Shown here one piece after another: positions 1-8,400 of a stretch of 36,949 bases of DNA. A model generated the notes under the pieces. It ran no database searches, was not told the origin of the DNA, and saw only the letters and a list, made by a program, of their open reading frames with translations. Source of the stretch: Nitrososphaeria archaeon (GTDB lineage Archaea > Thermoproteota > Nitrososphaeria > Conexivisphaerales > UBA164). Within the stretch, counting starts at the first letter, position 1. Every line of letters starts with the position of its first letter. The stretch spans positions 1 through 36,949 of the forward strand of contig JBMFVR010000002.1 of assembly GCA_049965895.1 (NCBI GenBank), written 5' to 3'. A program made the position numbers and the translations under genes.

Positions 1-247
1 TTGACATTTCAGTTGCACCAAAGTCAATCCCCCTTGCGCCCAGGTAAGCAGCAGCATACTGGAAGCTTAGCCTTGTCCTTGTGCTCGGTTCAAGGAAGAC
101 GGTCATTACGATCCTGTCGTCAGTCAAATGCAGGCACCTCCTGCTTTTCAGTTCATTCCTCATTAATTCAGCTTCATTTAAAAGCAGTTCAACTTCTTCC
201 CTTTTAAGGTCCAGTGCAGATATTATATCCCTTCCCTTAATGTTCAT
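1..247 (-). CDS. pyrB: aspartate carbamoyltransferase catalytic subunit, N-terminal 82 codons; the gene continues past the left edge
   Basis: My own minus-strand translation from ATG 247-245 gives MNIKGRDIISALDLKREEVELLLNEAELMRNELKSRRCLHLTDDRIVMTVFLEPSTRTRLSFQYAAAYLGARGIDFGATEMS. It contains the carbamoyl-phosphate motif S-T-R-T-R in the F-x-E-P-STRTR-x-SF context. The frame is open to position 1, and it is missing from the ORF track because there is no stop in the window. It is divergent from pyrC. Confidence 0.8.
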   Translation of the reverse strand, partial: MNIKGRDIISALDLKREEVELLLNEAELMRNELKSRRCLHLTDDRIVMTVFLEPSTRTRLSFQYAAAYLGARGIDFGATEMS

Positions 248-270
248 GCACTGCACATCTATGTGTTAGC

Positions 271-280
271 ATATAATTTT
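271..280 (-). promoter_or_regulatory. TATA-like box for pyrB (AAAATTATAT on the minus strand)
   Basis: AT-rich box centred about 28 nt upstream of the pyrB ATG at 247. The same spacing recurs throughout the window. Confidence 0.45.
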
Positions 281-297
281 TTCTTAGATCGTGCAAA

Positions 298-309
298 CGT
301 TTTATTTGG
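298..309 (+). promoter_or_regulatory. TATA-like box for pyrC (CGTTTTATTTGG)
   Basis: The box is centred about 25 nt upstream of ATG 328 and only about 16 nt upstream of ATG 319. This suggests the leaderless start is at 328. Confidence 0.4.
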
Positions 310-318
310 GCTTTCCCC

Positions 319-1662
319 ATGGGTGTTATGGGAAGCATTCTCATTAGGAATGGTACAGTGGTGATCAACGGATCAACCGCTAAGGCTGACGTCCTTATAG
401 TTGACGGTAACATTGTCGGTGTGGGCTGCTGCCTTGCCAGGGATGGGGTCAGAGAAATTGATGCTGATGGTCTGCTTGTGCTTCCCGGACTCATTGATGA
501 GCACGTGCACCTCAGGGAACCAGGATTGACTTCAAAGGAGGACTTCAATACTGGCACCATGGCCGCGGCTGCAGGGGGTCTGACTCTTGTGCTTGACATG
601 CCAAACACACTGCCTCCCGTTGATAGCGCAGAAAGGTTGATGGAAAAGAGAGAGCTTGTGAGGCCCAAGTCACACGTTGATTTCGGTCTATACGGCCTCG
701 TCAGGGACACCACTAGAGTTAATGATATAGGGGAAATGATTAAAGCCGGGGCCATAGGTTTCAAGGTCTACATGGGACCCACTACGGGTAACATACCGCC
801 TCCATCTCATGGCACTCTGTACGATATAATGGGTGCAATTTCAGGCTCAGGGGTGCCGCTGGTGGTCCACGCTGAGGACGAGGGGCTAGTGAAGCGCTTT
901 TCTGCAGATTCGAGCAATGACCCCCTCTCTCACCTCAAGTCAAGGCCATACATTTGTGAAACCTTCTCAGTGCATGAGCTAGTCTCCCTTTCAGAATTCA
1001 CGGGGGCCCATGTGCACGTGGCCCATGTGAGCTCCCTCAGGACACTCAGCATAATCAGGTGGGCAAGGACTAATGGTATAGGGCTCACAGGGGAAGTGAC
1101 GCCCCACCACCTCTTCCTTGACAGCTCAATTTACGGGAAGGTTGGTAATCTGGCTAGGATAAATCCTCCAGTAAGGTACAGGGAAGATTCAGAAGCGCTC
1201 CTGGATGCGGCCTCTGGCGGTATAATCTCAACTGTTGGCTCTGACCATTCACCTCACACTGTTGATGAAAAGCTCAGTAAAAGTCCGCCGTCAGGCTTTC
1301 CCGGTCTTGAAACGGAGGTGCCACTCATGCTCAACGCGGTGAATGGTGGAAGGCTTCAGCCTTATGACGTTGCAAGGCTAATGAGCGAGAACGTTGCAAA
1401 AATCTTTGATATATATCCCAGATATGGAACTATAATGCCTGGCTCAAGGGGAAACCTGACCATCGTTTCGCTCAAGCAGAAAACAGCTGTAAGAGCTGAA
1501 AGATTTTATTCCAAGGCAAAATACTCACCGTTTGATGGAATGTTACTTGCGGGCAGGATTGTTTATACTGTTGTTGGGGGTGAGCTGGTATATGATGATG
1601 GCGAGGTTCACAGCGATGTAAAAGGGGAATTTTTGACTAGGGGTTCAGCAGAAAATAAATAA
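319..1662 (+). CDS. pyrC: dihydroorotase (amidohydrolase superfamily)
   Basis: 447-aa ORF. It carries the GLIDEHVHLREPG metal-binding HxH motif, VHAED, and a C-terminal GSDHSPH. It is divergent from pyrB. An alternative start lies at ATG 328. Confidence 0.85.
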   Translation: MGVMGSILIRNGTVVINGSTAKADVLIVDGNIVGVGCCLARDGVREIDADGLLVLPGLIDEHVHLREPGLTSKEDFNTGTMAAAAGGLTLVLDMPNTLPPVDSAERLMEKRELVRPKSHVDFGLYGLVRDTTRVNDIGEMIKAGAIGFKVYMGPTTGNIPPPSHGTLYDIMGAISGSGVPLVVHAEDEGLVKRFSADSSNDPLSHLKSRPYICETFSVHELVSLSEFTGAHVHVAHVSSLRTLSIIRWARTNGIGLTGEVTPHHLFLDSSIYGKVGNLARINPPVRYREDSEALLDAASGGIISTVGSDHSPHTVDEKLSKSPPSGFPGLETEVPLMLNAVNGGRLQPYDVARLMSENVAKIFDIYPRYGTIMPGSRGNLTIVSLKQKTAVRAERFYSKAKYSPFDGMLLAGRIVYTVVGGELVYDDGEVHSDVKGEFLTRGSAENK

Positions 1663-1676
1663 TTCTATTTTAAGAA

Positions 1677-1689
1677 TTTTTTTCTTTTT
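1677..1689 (+). terminator. oligo-T tract (T7-C-T5) after the pyrC stop
   Basis: TTTTTTTCTTTTT lies 15 nt past the stop codon. Archaeal terminators are typically T runs. Confidence 0.4.
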
Positions 1690-1718
1690 ACAAAAAATTT
1701 AAATGATGCATCATTAAC

Positions 1719-3179
1719 ATGACTGTCATGCTTGGAAAATATCCATTTTTGCCATTTACTGACGAAGAATTCACAGATGCGCCAAGGCTAGAGCAGTATG
1801 ACTCGCTGATCGTGGGGGGTGGAGGCGGAGGCTACCACGGAGGTTTTGAACTTAGCAGAGGAGGTAAGAAGGTGCTGCTGATCGACGATAAGGGAAACCT
1901 GGGAGGTAATTGCCTGTATGAAGGCTGCATTCCGTCAAAGTCAGTCGCCATCATGGTTTACCTAGCAGAAAAGCTCAGGAATATTTTAAGCGCAGGAAAC
2001 GGTGGTACCAGAAGTGCAGGCATGCTATGGGAGGACGTGATTAACCACAAGGATGAAGTTCAGACCATCAGGTACAGGCAGCACATCAGGGAAATAAAGG
2101 AACACCATAACCTGGAGTTCGTGAGGGGTGTTGCTAGCTTTGTTGACGGTCACACGGTTAAGGTCAGTGCAATTGATGGTTCATGGAATGCGAAGGCGAG
2201 CGGTAAAAGCATAATAATAGCAACTGGTTCGGTGCCAGCAAGGATCCCAGTGCCAGGCGCTGAGCTTGCCATTGGCAGCCTTGAACTTTTTGGATACAGA
2301 ACAACCTTCAGGAGCATGCCCGATAGCATAATCATAATAGGCGGAGGCTACATAGGTGTGGAGGTTTCTTCTATGCTTAGCTCGATGGGCATACAGGTAA
2401 CTGTGCTGGAAATGCTGCCGAGAATAATGAGCGGATGGGACAGCGACCTTGTTGCTGAGATGGAAGGGGCGCTTTTGAAGAGGAACGTTAAGGTGATAAC
2501 TGGTGCCCGGGTTACAGGAATAAGAATGAACGGGAAGCAAAAGGAAGTGAGTTATTTGAAAGCTGATGGTGGCAGTGCCACAATTGTTGGGGACGAAGTA
2601 ATTATGGCTGCTGGAAGGAAGCCGTACACTGAGGGGCTGGAAGGGCTTGGAATAGTGTCAGGGAACCACATTGAGGTTGATTCAGCAATGAGAACTTCCA
2701 TCCCAAACGTTTATGCTACCGGTGACGTAACTGGAAAGTTCATGCTGTTTCACTCAGCGGTAAAGGAATCAGTTGTAGCAGCATGGAACATCCTTCATGG
2801 TCATCCTGTTTATGAATTTAATTATTCCACAGTTCCCGTTACAGTTTTCACGGAACCCGAGGCAGCATCGGTGGGGATCAGCGAGGACGAGGCGAGAAAA
2901 AGGGGAATGCAGTTCACGGCAGTTAAATACCCGCTTGAGGATGATGCCTATGCCCAGATTGTGGGTGTGAGGGAAGGCTGGGTCAAGCTCATGGTGGAAA
3001 GGGAAACACAGAGGATCATCGGAGGTTCAATATATGGTGATTCCGCATCCATGGTGATAAACGAGATAGCCCTTGCCATAAGCACAGGCTCAAGGGTTAA
3101 GGACTTGGCACTACTGGCGCACCAGCATCCCACCATATTTGAATCTGTTGACAGGACAGCAATGAGATATTCGCTTTAA
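1719..3179 (+). CDS. class I FAD-dependent pyridine nucleotide-disulfide oxidoreductase (dihydrolipoamide dehydrogenase-like)
   Basis: 486 aa. Motifs: VGGGGGGYHGG FAD fold; redox disulfide GGNCLYEGCIPSK (CxxxxC); a second dinucleotide fold IIGGGYIGVE; ATGDV; and a C-terminal interface motif AHQHPTIFES. No E1/E2 genes are adjacent. ATG 1728 fits the TATA spacing better than 1719. Confidence 0.8.
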   Translation: MTVMLGKYPFLPFTDEEFTDAPRLEQYDSLIVGGGGGGYHGGFELSRGGKKVLLIDDKGNLGGNCLYEGCIPSKSVAIMVYLAEKLRNILSAGNGGTRSAGMLWEDVINHKDEVQTIRYRQHIREIKEHHNLEFVRGVASFVDGHTVKVSAIDGSWNAKASGKSIIIATGSVPARIPVPGAELAIGSLELFGYRTTFRSMPDSIIIIGGGYIGVEVSSMLSSMGIQVTVLEMLPRIMSGWDSDLVAEMEGALLKRNVKVITGARVTGIRMNGKQKEVSYLKADGGSATIVGDEVIMAAGRKPYTEGLEGLGIVSGNHIEVDSAMRTSIPNVYATGDVTGKFMLFHSAVKESVVAAWNILHGHPVYEFNYSTVPVTVFTEPEAASVGISEDEARKRGMQFTAVKYPLEDDAYAQIVGVREGWVKLMVERETQRIIGGSIYGDSASMVINEIALAISTGSRVKDLALLAHQHPTIFESVDRTAMRYSL

Positions 3180-3254
3180 GGTCAAAAAATGTTTATTTAT
3201 TATTTAAAAAATTAGTTCAGAATTGTTTATACTCATGCCCACAAAATACATCTC

Positions 3255-3977
3255 ATGTCAGCATTTGTGGGCCTAGGGGACATTGGCGAAGCCATTGCGG
3301 GTAAGCTTAACGGCGAAAGTATTCAGTTTCCGATTTCGCCAGTAGTGATATTTAACCTTGGAGACAGAAGAGCTGAACAGGTAGAGGGAACAGGCATGTA
3401 CGTCGGCATATCGCCGTTTTCCTTTGAGGTTGAGAGGAGGTTCAGGGCTTCGATTCAGCTTGAAAGACTGATAGGCCTAGGCGTTCCCGTGCTTGTTGTT
3501 GACATGGACAGCTATGAGGACAGAATGAAGAACAGTGAGCTGTCCACCATTGGCTCGATAATAGTGGAGGAGATATCTGAACTTCTAAAGGCCCTTGCAA
3601 ACAGCGGCGAAGGGCTGCAGCACCTGAACGGTGGGGCGCACCTGATATTTACCCAGAAGGATTCAAACGATATGGCATCGCTGGCCCTCACGGCAATAAG
3701 GATGACCGAATCGATAAAGGAGCTGCACGTGCTTGTCATGGACGGCTCTCTTACTCCGGCACAGGCAAGCGATGTTGTGCAGAGACTCACAATGATGAGC
3801 GTGCCGGTAATTTTAAGCTACGTCGGAAACAGAAGCATAATGGCAGAGATAGTTGAGGGGAGGTTGAAACTTTTGGACAACGATATAGTTCAAAAGGTGC
3901 TGGGTGATAGGGTTCTGGACCTTGAGCCAGAGGAGACAGTTGGCGTGCCCATCCCAGCCCTTGAAAGGATAGACTGA
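3255..3977 (+). CDS. hypothetical protein, possibly a degenerate FtsZ/tubulin-like fold (see findings)
   Basis: 240-aa ORF. A TATA-like GTTTATAC at 3225-3232 lies 27 nt upstream of the ATG. FtsZ-like motifs GLGDIGEAIAGKL and ISPFSFEVERR are present, but there is no GGGTGT/SG signature. Confidence 0.6.
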   Translation: MSAFVGLGDIGEAIAGKLNGESIQFPISPVVIFNLGDRRAEQVEGTGMYVGISPFSFEVERRFRASIQLERLIGLGVPVLVVDMDSYEDRMKNSELSTIGSIIVEEISELLKALANSGEGLQHLNGGAHLIFTQKDSNDMASLALTAIRMTESIKELHVLVMDGSLTPAQASDVVQRLTMMSVPVILSYVGNRSIMAEIVEGRLKLLDNDIVQKVLGDRVLDLEPEETVGVPIPALERID

Positions 3978-4025
3978 ATTATTTCAGATTAACACTTTTA
4001 TTTTAGGCAGGTTAAATATGGCACA

Positions 4026-4994
4026 ATGCAGCTGAGTAATTTCTACGTTGATGAGCTCAGGGACCAGATGCTTTACAGTGAGCTGGCTGGCTATGTTAAG
4101 GATGAAAATGCAAGGAAAAGGCTCCTGGAGCTGTCAAGGGTAGAGGAGGGTCACTCAAGGTTCTTTTTGAGCCTCCTTAGAAAGCTGGGTGAAGGGGTTC
4201 CATCCCCCCCATCCAAGTCAAAGGTGAAGCTGGAAGCTTTAATGATGAGGCTGCTCGGTTTTGGCCTCCTGATGAGGCTGTTCGAAGAGAGGGAAGCCGC
4301 AACAGTTGTGAATTACCTAAAGCTCTTTGAAGATAAAAGATTGGACGAAAACGACAGAGAAGCGCTAAGGGGGATCGTTCAGGAAGAAATGGAGCACGAA
4401 AGCTTTTTTTCAGAGAAGTCTTCCCTTAGCATAATTGAAAACCTCAGGGATGTGCTTTTTGGAATGAATGACGGCCTTGTAGAGCTGCTTGCTGCGGTGT
4501 CAGGGCTTGCGGGAGCATATCAGAGGAGCTATCTGGTTGCGATAACCGGCATAGTTATAGGCATTGCAGGTGCGCTTTCCATGGGCGTCGGGGCTTATGT
4601 TTCCACTAAATCTGAAAATGAGCTCAACCAGAACAGGAGCCTTAGGGCCAGGCTTTCTAGGCTTGTTTTTGGGGGTCAGCAGGACAAAGAAGAAAAGGAA
4701 ACTAGCGCAAAGGAATCTGCGGTATATGTTGGCTTCTTTTACATAATAGGTGCCCTTGTTCCTACAGTTCCATATTTTATGCCATTTTCAATAACCATTG
4801 ACCAGGTTGCATCGACGCTACTTGCGGTGCTTGCTCTTTCAATAGCCGGGTACCTGACGAGCATAATAAGTGGTGTAAGCGGGAGAAGAAAAGTTACAGA
4901 AATGGTGCTTCTGGCACTTGCAGCGGCTCTTGCCACGTACCTTCTTGGCAGTGCCATAAGGATACTTACAGGCGCCACAGTGGGTTTTTTGTAA
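4026..4994 (+). CDS. VIT1/CCC1-family iron/manganese transporter with an N-terminal ferritin-like domain
   Basis: 322 aa. The N-terminal half has two ExxH di-iron motifs (VEEGHSRFF and QEEMEHESFF). The C-terminal half has GMNDGLVELLAAVSGLAG and several TM helices typical of VIT1. Confidence 0.8.
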   Translation: MQLSNFYVDELRDQMLYSELAGYVKDENARKRLLELSRVEEGHSRFFLSLLRKLGEGVPSPPSKSKVKLEALMMRLLGFGLLMRLFEEREAATVVNYLKLFEDKRLDENDREALRGIVQEEMEHESFFSEKSSLSIIENLRDVLFGMNDGLVELLAAVSGLAGAYQRSYLVAITGIVIGIAGALSMGVGAYVSTKSENELNQNRSLRARLSRLVFGGQQDKEEKETSAKESAVYVGFFYIIGALVPTVPYFMPFSITIDQVASTLLAVLALSIAGYLTSIISGVSGRRKVTEMVLLALAAALATYLLGSAIRILTGATVGFL

Positions 4995-5047
4995 TTTAGA
5001 ATTTTGTTGAAAAAAGTTAAATCTAGTAAAAATTCAGAATAAAAAGG

Positions 5048-5929
5048 ATGGTGTATACAAATTACATTTCACTTATAGGGAACACGCCCATAGTGTGGCT
5101 GAGGAAGTTCTCACCGAAAAATGGGGGTCAGATCTATGGAAAGATTGAATGGCTGAACCCTGGGGGGTCCATAAAGGACAGGATAGCAGTTTCCATGTTC
5201 GAAAGTGCAATTCATTCAGGAACACTGACACCGGGGAAGCAGCTTGTTGAGGCAACATCCGGCAATACCGGCGTTGCGCTGGCAATGGTGAGTGCATATT
5301 ATGGTGTAAGGGTCACGGTTGTCATGCCTGAAAGCGTAAGCAGAGAAAAGCTCAAGGCCATAGAGATGTTCGGCGCTTCAGTTATACTGACTCCAAAGGA
5401 AGAGGGAACGGCTGGTGCCATAAGGGTTAAGGAGAGCATGCTGAGTAGCGGCGCGTTTGTCAGCTTGGATCAGTTCAGCAACAACGAAAACCCCGGCACC
5501 CACAGCCACGGCACCGCGATCGAGATATTGAAGCAAGTAAATGGCAGGCTGGACGTTATGGTTGCTGGAATAGGTACAGGTGGCACTATAACAGGATGCT
5601 CAAGAGCACTCAAGGGGTATGATTCTGCAGTAAGGATCATTGGTGTGGCACCTGAAAGGGATGTTTTAGTGCCTGGGCTCAGGTACCCATATGATGATAT
5701 GCCATCAAGGGTGCTTGATACTTCAGTGGTGGACGAAATACACTGGATAAGCAGGGATGAAGCGGAAAAGCTCGAAGATGTGATGGGTGAGGTTGCCAAA
5801 AGTGAGGGGATGCTTGTGGGCTGGAGCTCAGCCGCCGTGCTTCTTGTCTCAAGGATGTTGGCATCAACCATGAGCAGGGACAACACCATAGTGGCAGTGC
5901 TTCCAGACAGCGGCTTCAGGTACCTTTAA
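5048..5929 (+). CDS. cysK: cysteine synthase / O-acetylserine sulfhydrylase family PLP enzyme
   Basis: 293 aa. Motifs: KIEWLNPGGSIKDR (PLP-lysine motif), TSGNTG and GIGTGGTITG. Confidence 0.85.
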   Translation: MVYTNYISLIGNTPIVWLRKFSPKNGGQIYGKIEWLNPGGSIKDRIAVSMFESAIHSGTLTPGKQLVEATSGNTGVALAMVSAYYGVRVTVVMPESVSREKLKAIEMFGASVILTPKEEGTAGAIRVKESMLSSGAFVSLDQFSNNENPGTHSHGTAIEILKQVNGRLDVMVAGIGTGGTITGCSRALKGYDSAVRIIGVAPERDVLVPGLRYPYDDMPSRVLDTSVVDEIHWISRDEAEKLEDVMGEVAKSEGMLVGWSSAAVLLVSRMLASTMSRDNTIVAVLPDSGFRYL

Positions 5930-5973
5930 TTCTAATTTTTGAAATATGTTCAAGTCAAAAATTATCCGTAAAG

Positions 5974-5983
5974 ATTTAAATTT
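5974..5983 (+). promoter_or_regulatory. TATA box (ATTTAAATTT) for the thioredoxin gene
   Basis: Centred 27 nt upstream of ATG 6005. No Shine-Dalgarno is present, consistent with a leaderless mRNA. Confidence 0.5.
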
Positions 5984-6004
5984 GAATCCGTAATTCCTGA
6001 AAAC

Positions 6005-6337
6005 ATGCAAATCGAAGTGGAGTGCATTTCAGAAGATGAATTACAATCATTTGTGGAGAGCAACGATATAGTGGTTATGGATTTCTGGGCTCCATGGTGC
6101 GCTCCCTGCCATGTTATGCACAGGATCCTGCAGGGATTGATGCCCGCATTCCCACATGTTAAGTTTGGAAGAATTGACACTCAGAAGTATCCAGACGTGT
6201 CTGATCGGTTTTCCGTGTACGGCCTGCCGACGCTCATAATATTTAGGAATGGCGAACCGGTGGACAGAATAGTGGGGGTCGTGCCAAAGGAACTACTGGC
6301 AAGCAGGATCAGAGCCCTGGTAGGCGATAAACAATGA
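6005..6337 (+). CDS. trxA: thioredoxin
   Basis: 110 aa with the active site WAPWCAPC and a size typical of thioredoxin. Confidence 0.9.
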   Translation: MQIEVECISEDELQSFVESNDIVVMDFWAPWCAPCHVMHRILQGLMPAFPHVKFGRIDTQKYPDVSDRFSVYGLPTLIIFRNGEPVDRIVGVVPKELLASRIRALVGDKQ

Positions 6338-6900
6338 TGGTAAGGGCAGCAGCTGTAGGAATAATGGGTCTAGGATTTGAAGGAATTGCAGACTGCCAGC
6401 CAAGGTTCCTCAGCATGCTTCTGAACAGCTCTCCTAGGGGGGTTGTGGAGAACAGCAAATACATGACCATGGAATCTGCATGGCGAGTCATACTTGGTGA
6501 TGGGGACCTTAAAAGCATGTCAATCATTCCTTCAAACATTCCCATAACTAACCCCACAATGGGCCAACCATCACTTGACCTGAACTCTGTTTCGCTTCAG
6601 GAAGAGCTTAACGCAGTTTACAGAGAGTTCAGCAGGCAGCTTGGCAGAGGCATTATAGCTGCTTCAATAAACACATTTGAAAGGCATAGCACGTGCGATG
6701 CCCTCAACCTTATAGATAGCTACCTTGAAAGCATGTATACAAAGCTTGATAGCTTCATGTTCTTTTCACCCTATGGAGGGCTGGAGGGTGGTTCAAGGAG
6801 CAGGTACGGCATCTACATTTCAACAGTTCAGAGGCCACAGGAGGATCAGACTATCAAGCTTGAGGAGATCATGCCGCTGATGCTTGAGCTGAATCAGTAG
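6334..6900 (+). CDS. hypothetical protein, translationally coupled to thioredoxin
   Basis: 188-aa ORF. Its ATG (6334-6336) overlaps the trx stop TGA (6335-6337) as ATGA. I recognise no motif. Confidence 0.5.
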   Translation: MMVRAAAVGIMGLGFEGIADCQPRFLSMLLNSSPRGVVENSKYMTMESAWRVILGDGDLKSMSIIPSNIPITNPTMGQPSLDLNSVSLQEELNAVYREFSRQLGRGIIAASINTFERHSTCDALNLIDSYLESMYTKLDSFMFFSPYGGLEGGSRSRYGIYISTVQRPQEDQTIKLEEIMPLMLELNQ

Positions 6901-6905
6901 ACCGG

Positions 6906-8300
6906 TTATACGACTTCGACCTTTCTCCAGTAGGTTCTGTCCCCCACATCCACAAGCTTTACATTCATCTTCAGCAGCCTCTCTCTTATTTCGTCAGATT
7001 CCCTGAATTTTTTCTTAGAGCGCAGTTCAGCCCTTTCCTTTATGAGTCCCTCAATGGTGGCCACTTCTTCACTGGAAACCCTTGGCAGCCTGAAACCAAA
7101 GCATTCAGCAGTTTTGCTGAATCTGCCCAGTTCCCCAATCGCTGCCCTGCCCAATTCCATGGAAGCCTGCATCCTGTTTATGATGCGCGCAGCGATCACA
7201 AGGTGTGGAAGGGCCTCCGACGTGTTGAGGTCCCTGCTAAGCGATTCTTCAGCAAGCTCTGTCTCTGAGAGTGCTGAAGCTGTCAGCTCTGGGCTTGTTC
7301 CATCTTCATTGAACGGCTGTTTCAAGTTGTTCAGGGCTTCCTCCAGTATCTTCCACGTTTCAACTGCCTTTGATATTCTTTCCTCGTTTACAGTTATCTG
7401 GCTCCTGTAATGGGTCTGGGTCAGGAGCACCCTCAGCACATTTGGGCCATAGGCCTTCACGAAATCTCTGATGTAAAAAACGTTATGAAGGCTCTTGCTC
7501 ATCTTTTCCTCTCCGGTCTTAACGAGCCCAACGTGCATCCATATTCTGGAAAGTGGCTTACCGGTGAACGCCTCACTCTGCGCTATTTCGTTTTCATGGT
7601 GGGGGAATATGAGGTCCTCTCCTCCCCCATGTATGTCGATGGTTTCTCCAAGGTTCTTCCATATCATTGCAGAGCACTCTATGTGCCATCCAGGCCTTCC
7701 TCTTCCAATTTCAGTGTCAAAGAATGGTATATCGTCGTGGAACTTCCAGAGCGCAAAGTCCAATGGACTTCTTTTATCTTCATTGATATCAACCCTTGCC
7801 CCGGCAAGCAGCTCCTCCTTTCTTATCCCAGAAAGCTTACCGTATCCCGGAAACTTATCTACGGAGTAGTATATGCCGTCGCTCGTTCTGTAGGCGTAAC
7901 CTCTGGTCATGAGGCCCTTTATAATTTTAACCATTTCATTTATGTACTCCGTGGCACGGGGATAGATGTCAGCCCTCAGAATGTTTAGGGAATCAGAATC
8001 GTTAAAGTATTCATCTATGTATTTTTCTGATATCTGTGAGTAATCAACACCCTCATTTTTTGCCCTGTTTATTATCTTGTCGTCCATATCTGTAAAGTTC
8101 TGAACATATGTGACGTTGAATCCGTTCCTTTTGAGCACCCTTCTCAGAATGTCAAAAATGATGAAAACCCTAGCATGGCCTATGTGGCTCAGGTCATACA
8201 CGGTCACCCCGCAGGCATACACCTTCAGGTTTTTTTGCCTGTCGGGGTCTAGCTCAACCTGGTCCCTGGTGTATGTGTTATAAATTGATACTCTTTTCAT
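6906..8300 (-). CDS. cysS: cysteinyl-tRNA synthetase
   Basis: Class I signatures HIGHAR and KMSKS, plus CGVTVYDLSHIGHAR. The ORF extends to 8333, but MKRVSIYNTYTRDQ (ATG at 8300) matches the usual CysRS N-terminus and the TATA spacing. Confidence 0.9.
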   Translation of the reverse strand: MKRVSIYNTYTRDQVELDPDRQKNLKVYACGVTVYDLSHIGHARVFIIFDILRRVLKRNGFNVTYVQNFTDMDDKIINRAKNEGVDYSQISEKYIDEYFNDSDSLNILRADIYPRATEYINEMVKIIKGLMTRGYAYRTSDGIYYSVDKFPGYGKLSGIRKEELLAGARVDINEDKRSPLDFALWKFHDDIPFFDTEIGRGRPGWHIECSAMIWKNLGETIDIHGGGEDLIFPHHENEIAQSEAFTGKPLSRIWMHVGLVKTGEEKMSKSLHNVFYIRDFVKAYGPNVLRVLLTQTHYRSQITVNEERISKAVETWKILEEALNNLKQPFNEDGTSPELTASALSETELAEESLSRDLNTSEALPHLVIAARIINRMQASMELGRAAIGELGRFSKTAECFGFRLPRVSSEEVATIEGLIKERAELRSKKKFRESDEIRERLLKMNVKLVDVGDRTYWRKVEVV

Positions 8301-8400
8301 GGTGAACGTTATCTTCCAGTTGTTTTTTAACATTGCTCATTGCTGCACAAAGCTGTCCGAGGTCAACCTTAAATTTGGGAGATAACATACCACATTGATT

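Noticed and set aside
237-764. Long antisense ORFs inside well-supported genes. Examples are 237-764(-), 7410-7988(+), 8278-8796(-), 14651-15136(-), 23815-24246(+) and 5470-5889(-).
   Set aside because: Each lies entirely within, and opposite to, a gene with strong family motifs. Their products are low-complexity (rich in S, L, P and A) with no motifs. This is the usual shadow-ORF behaviour.
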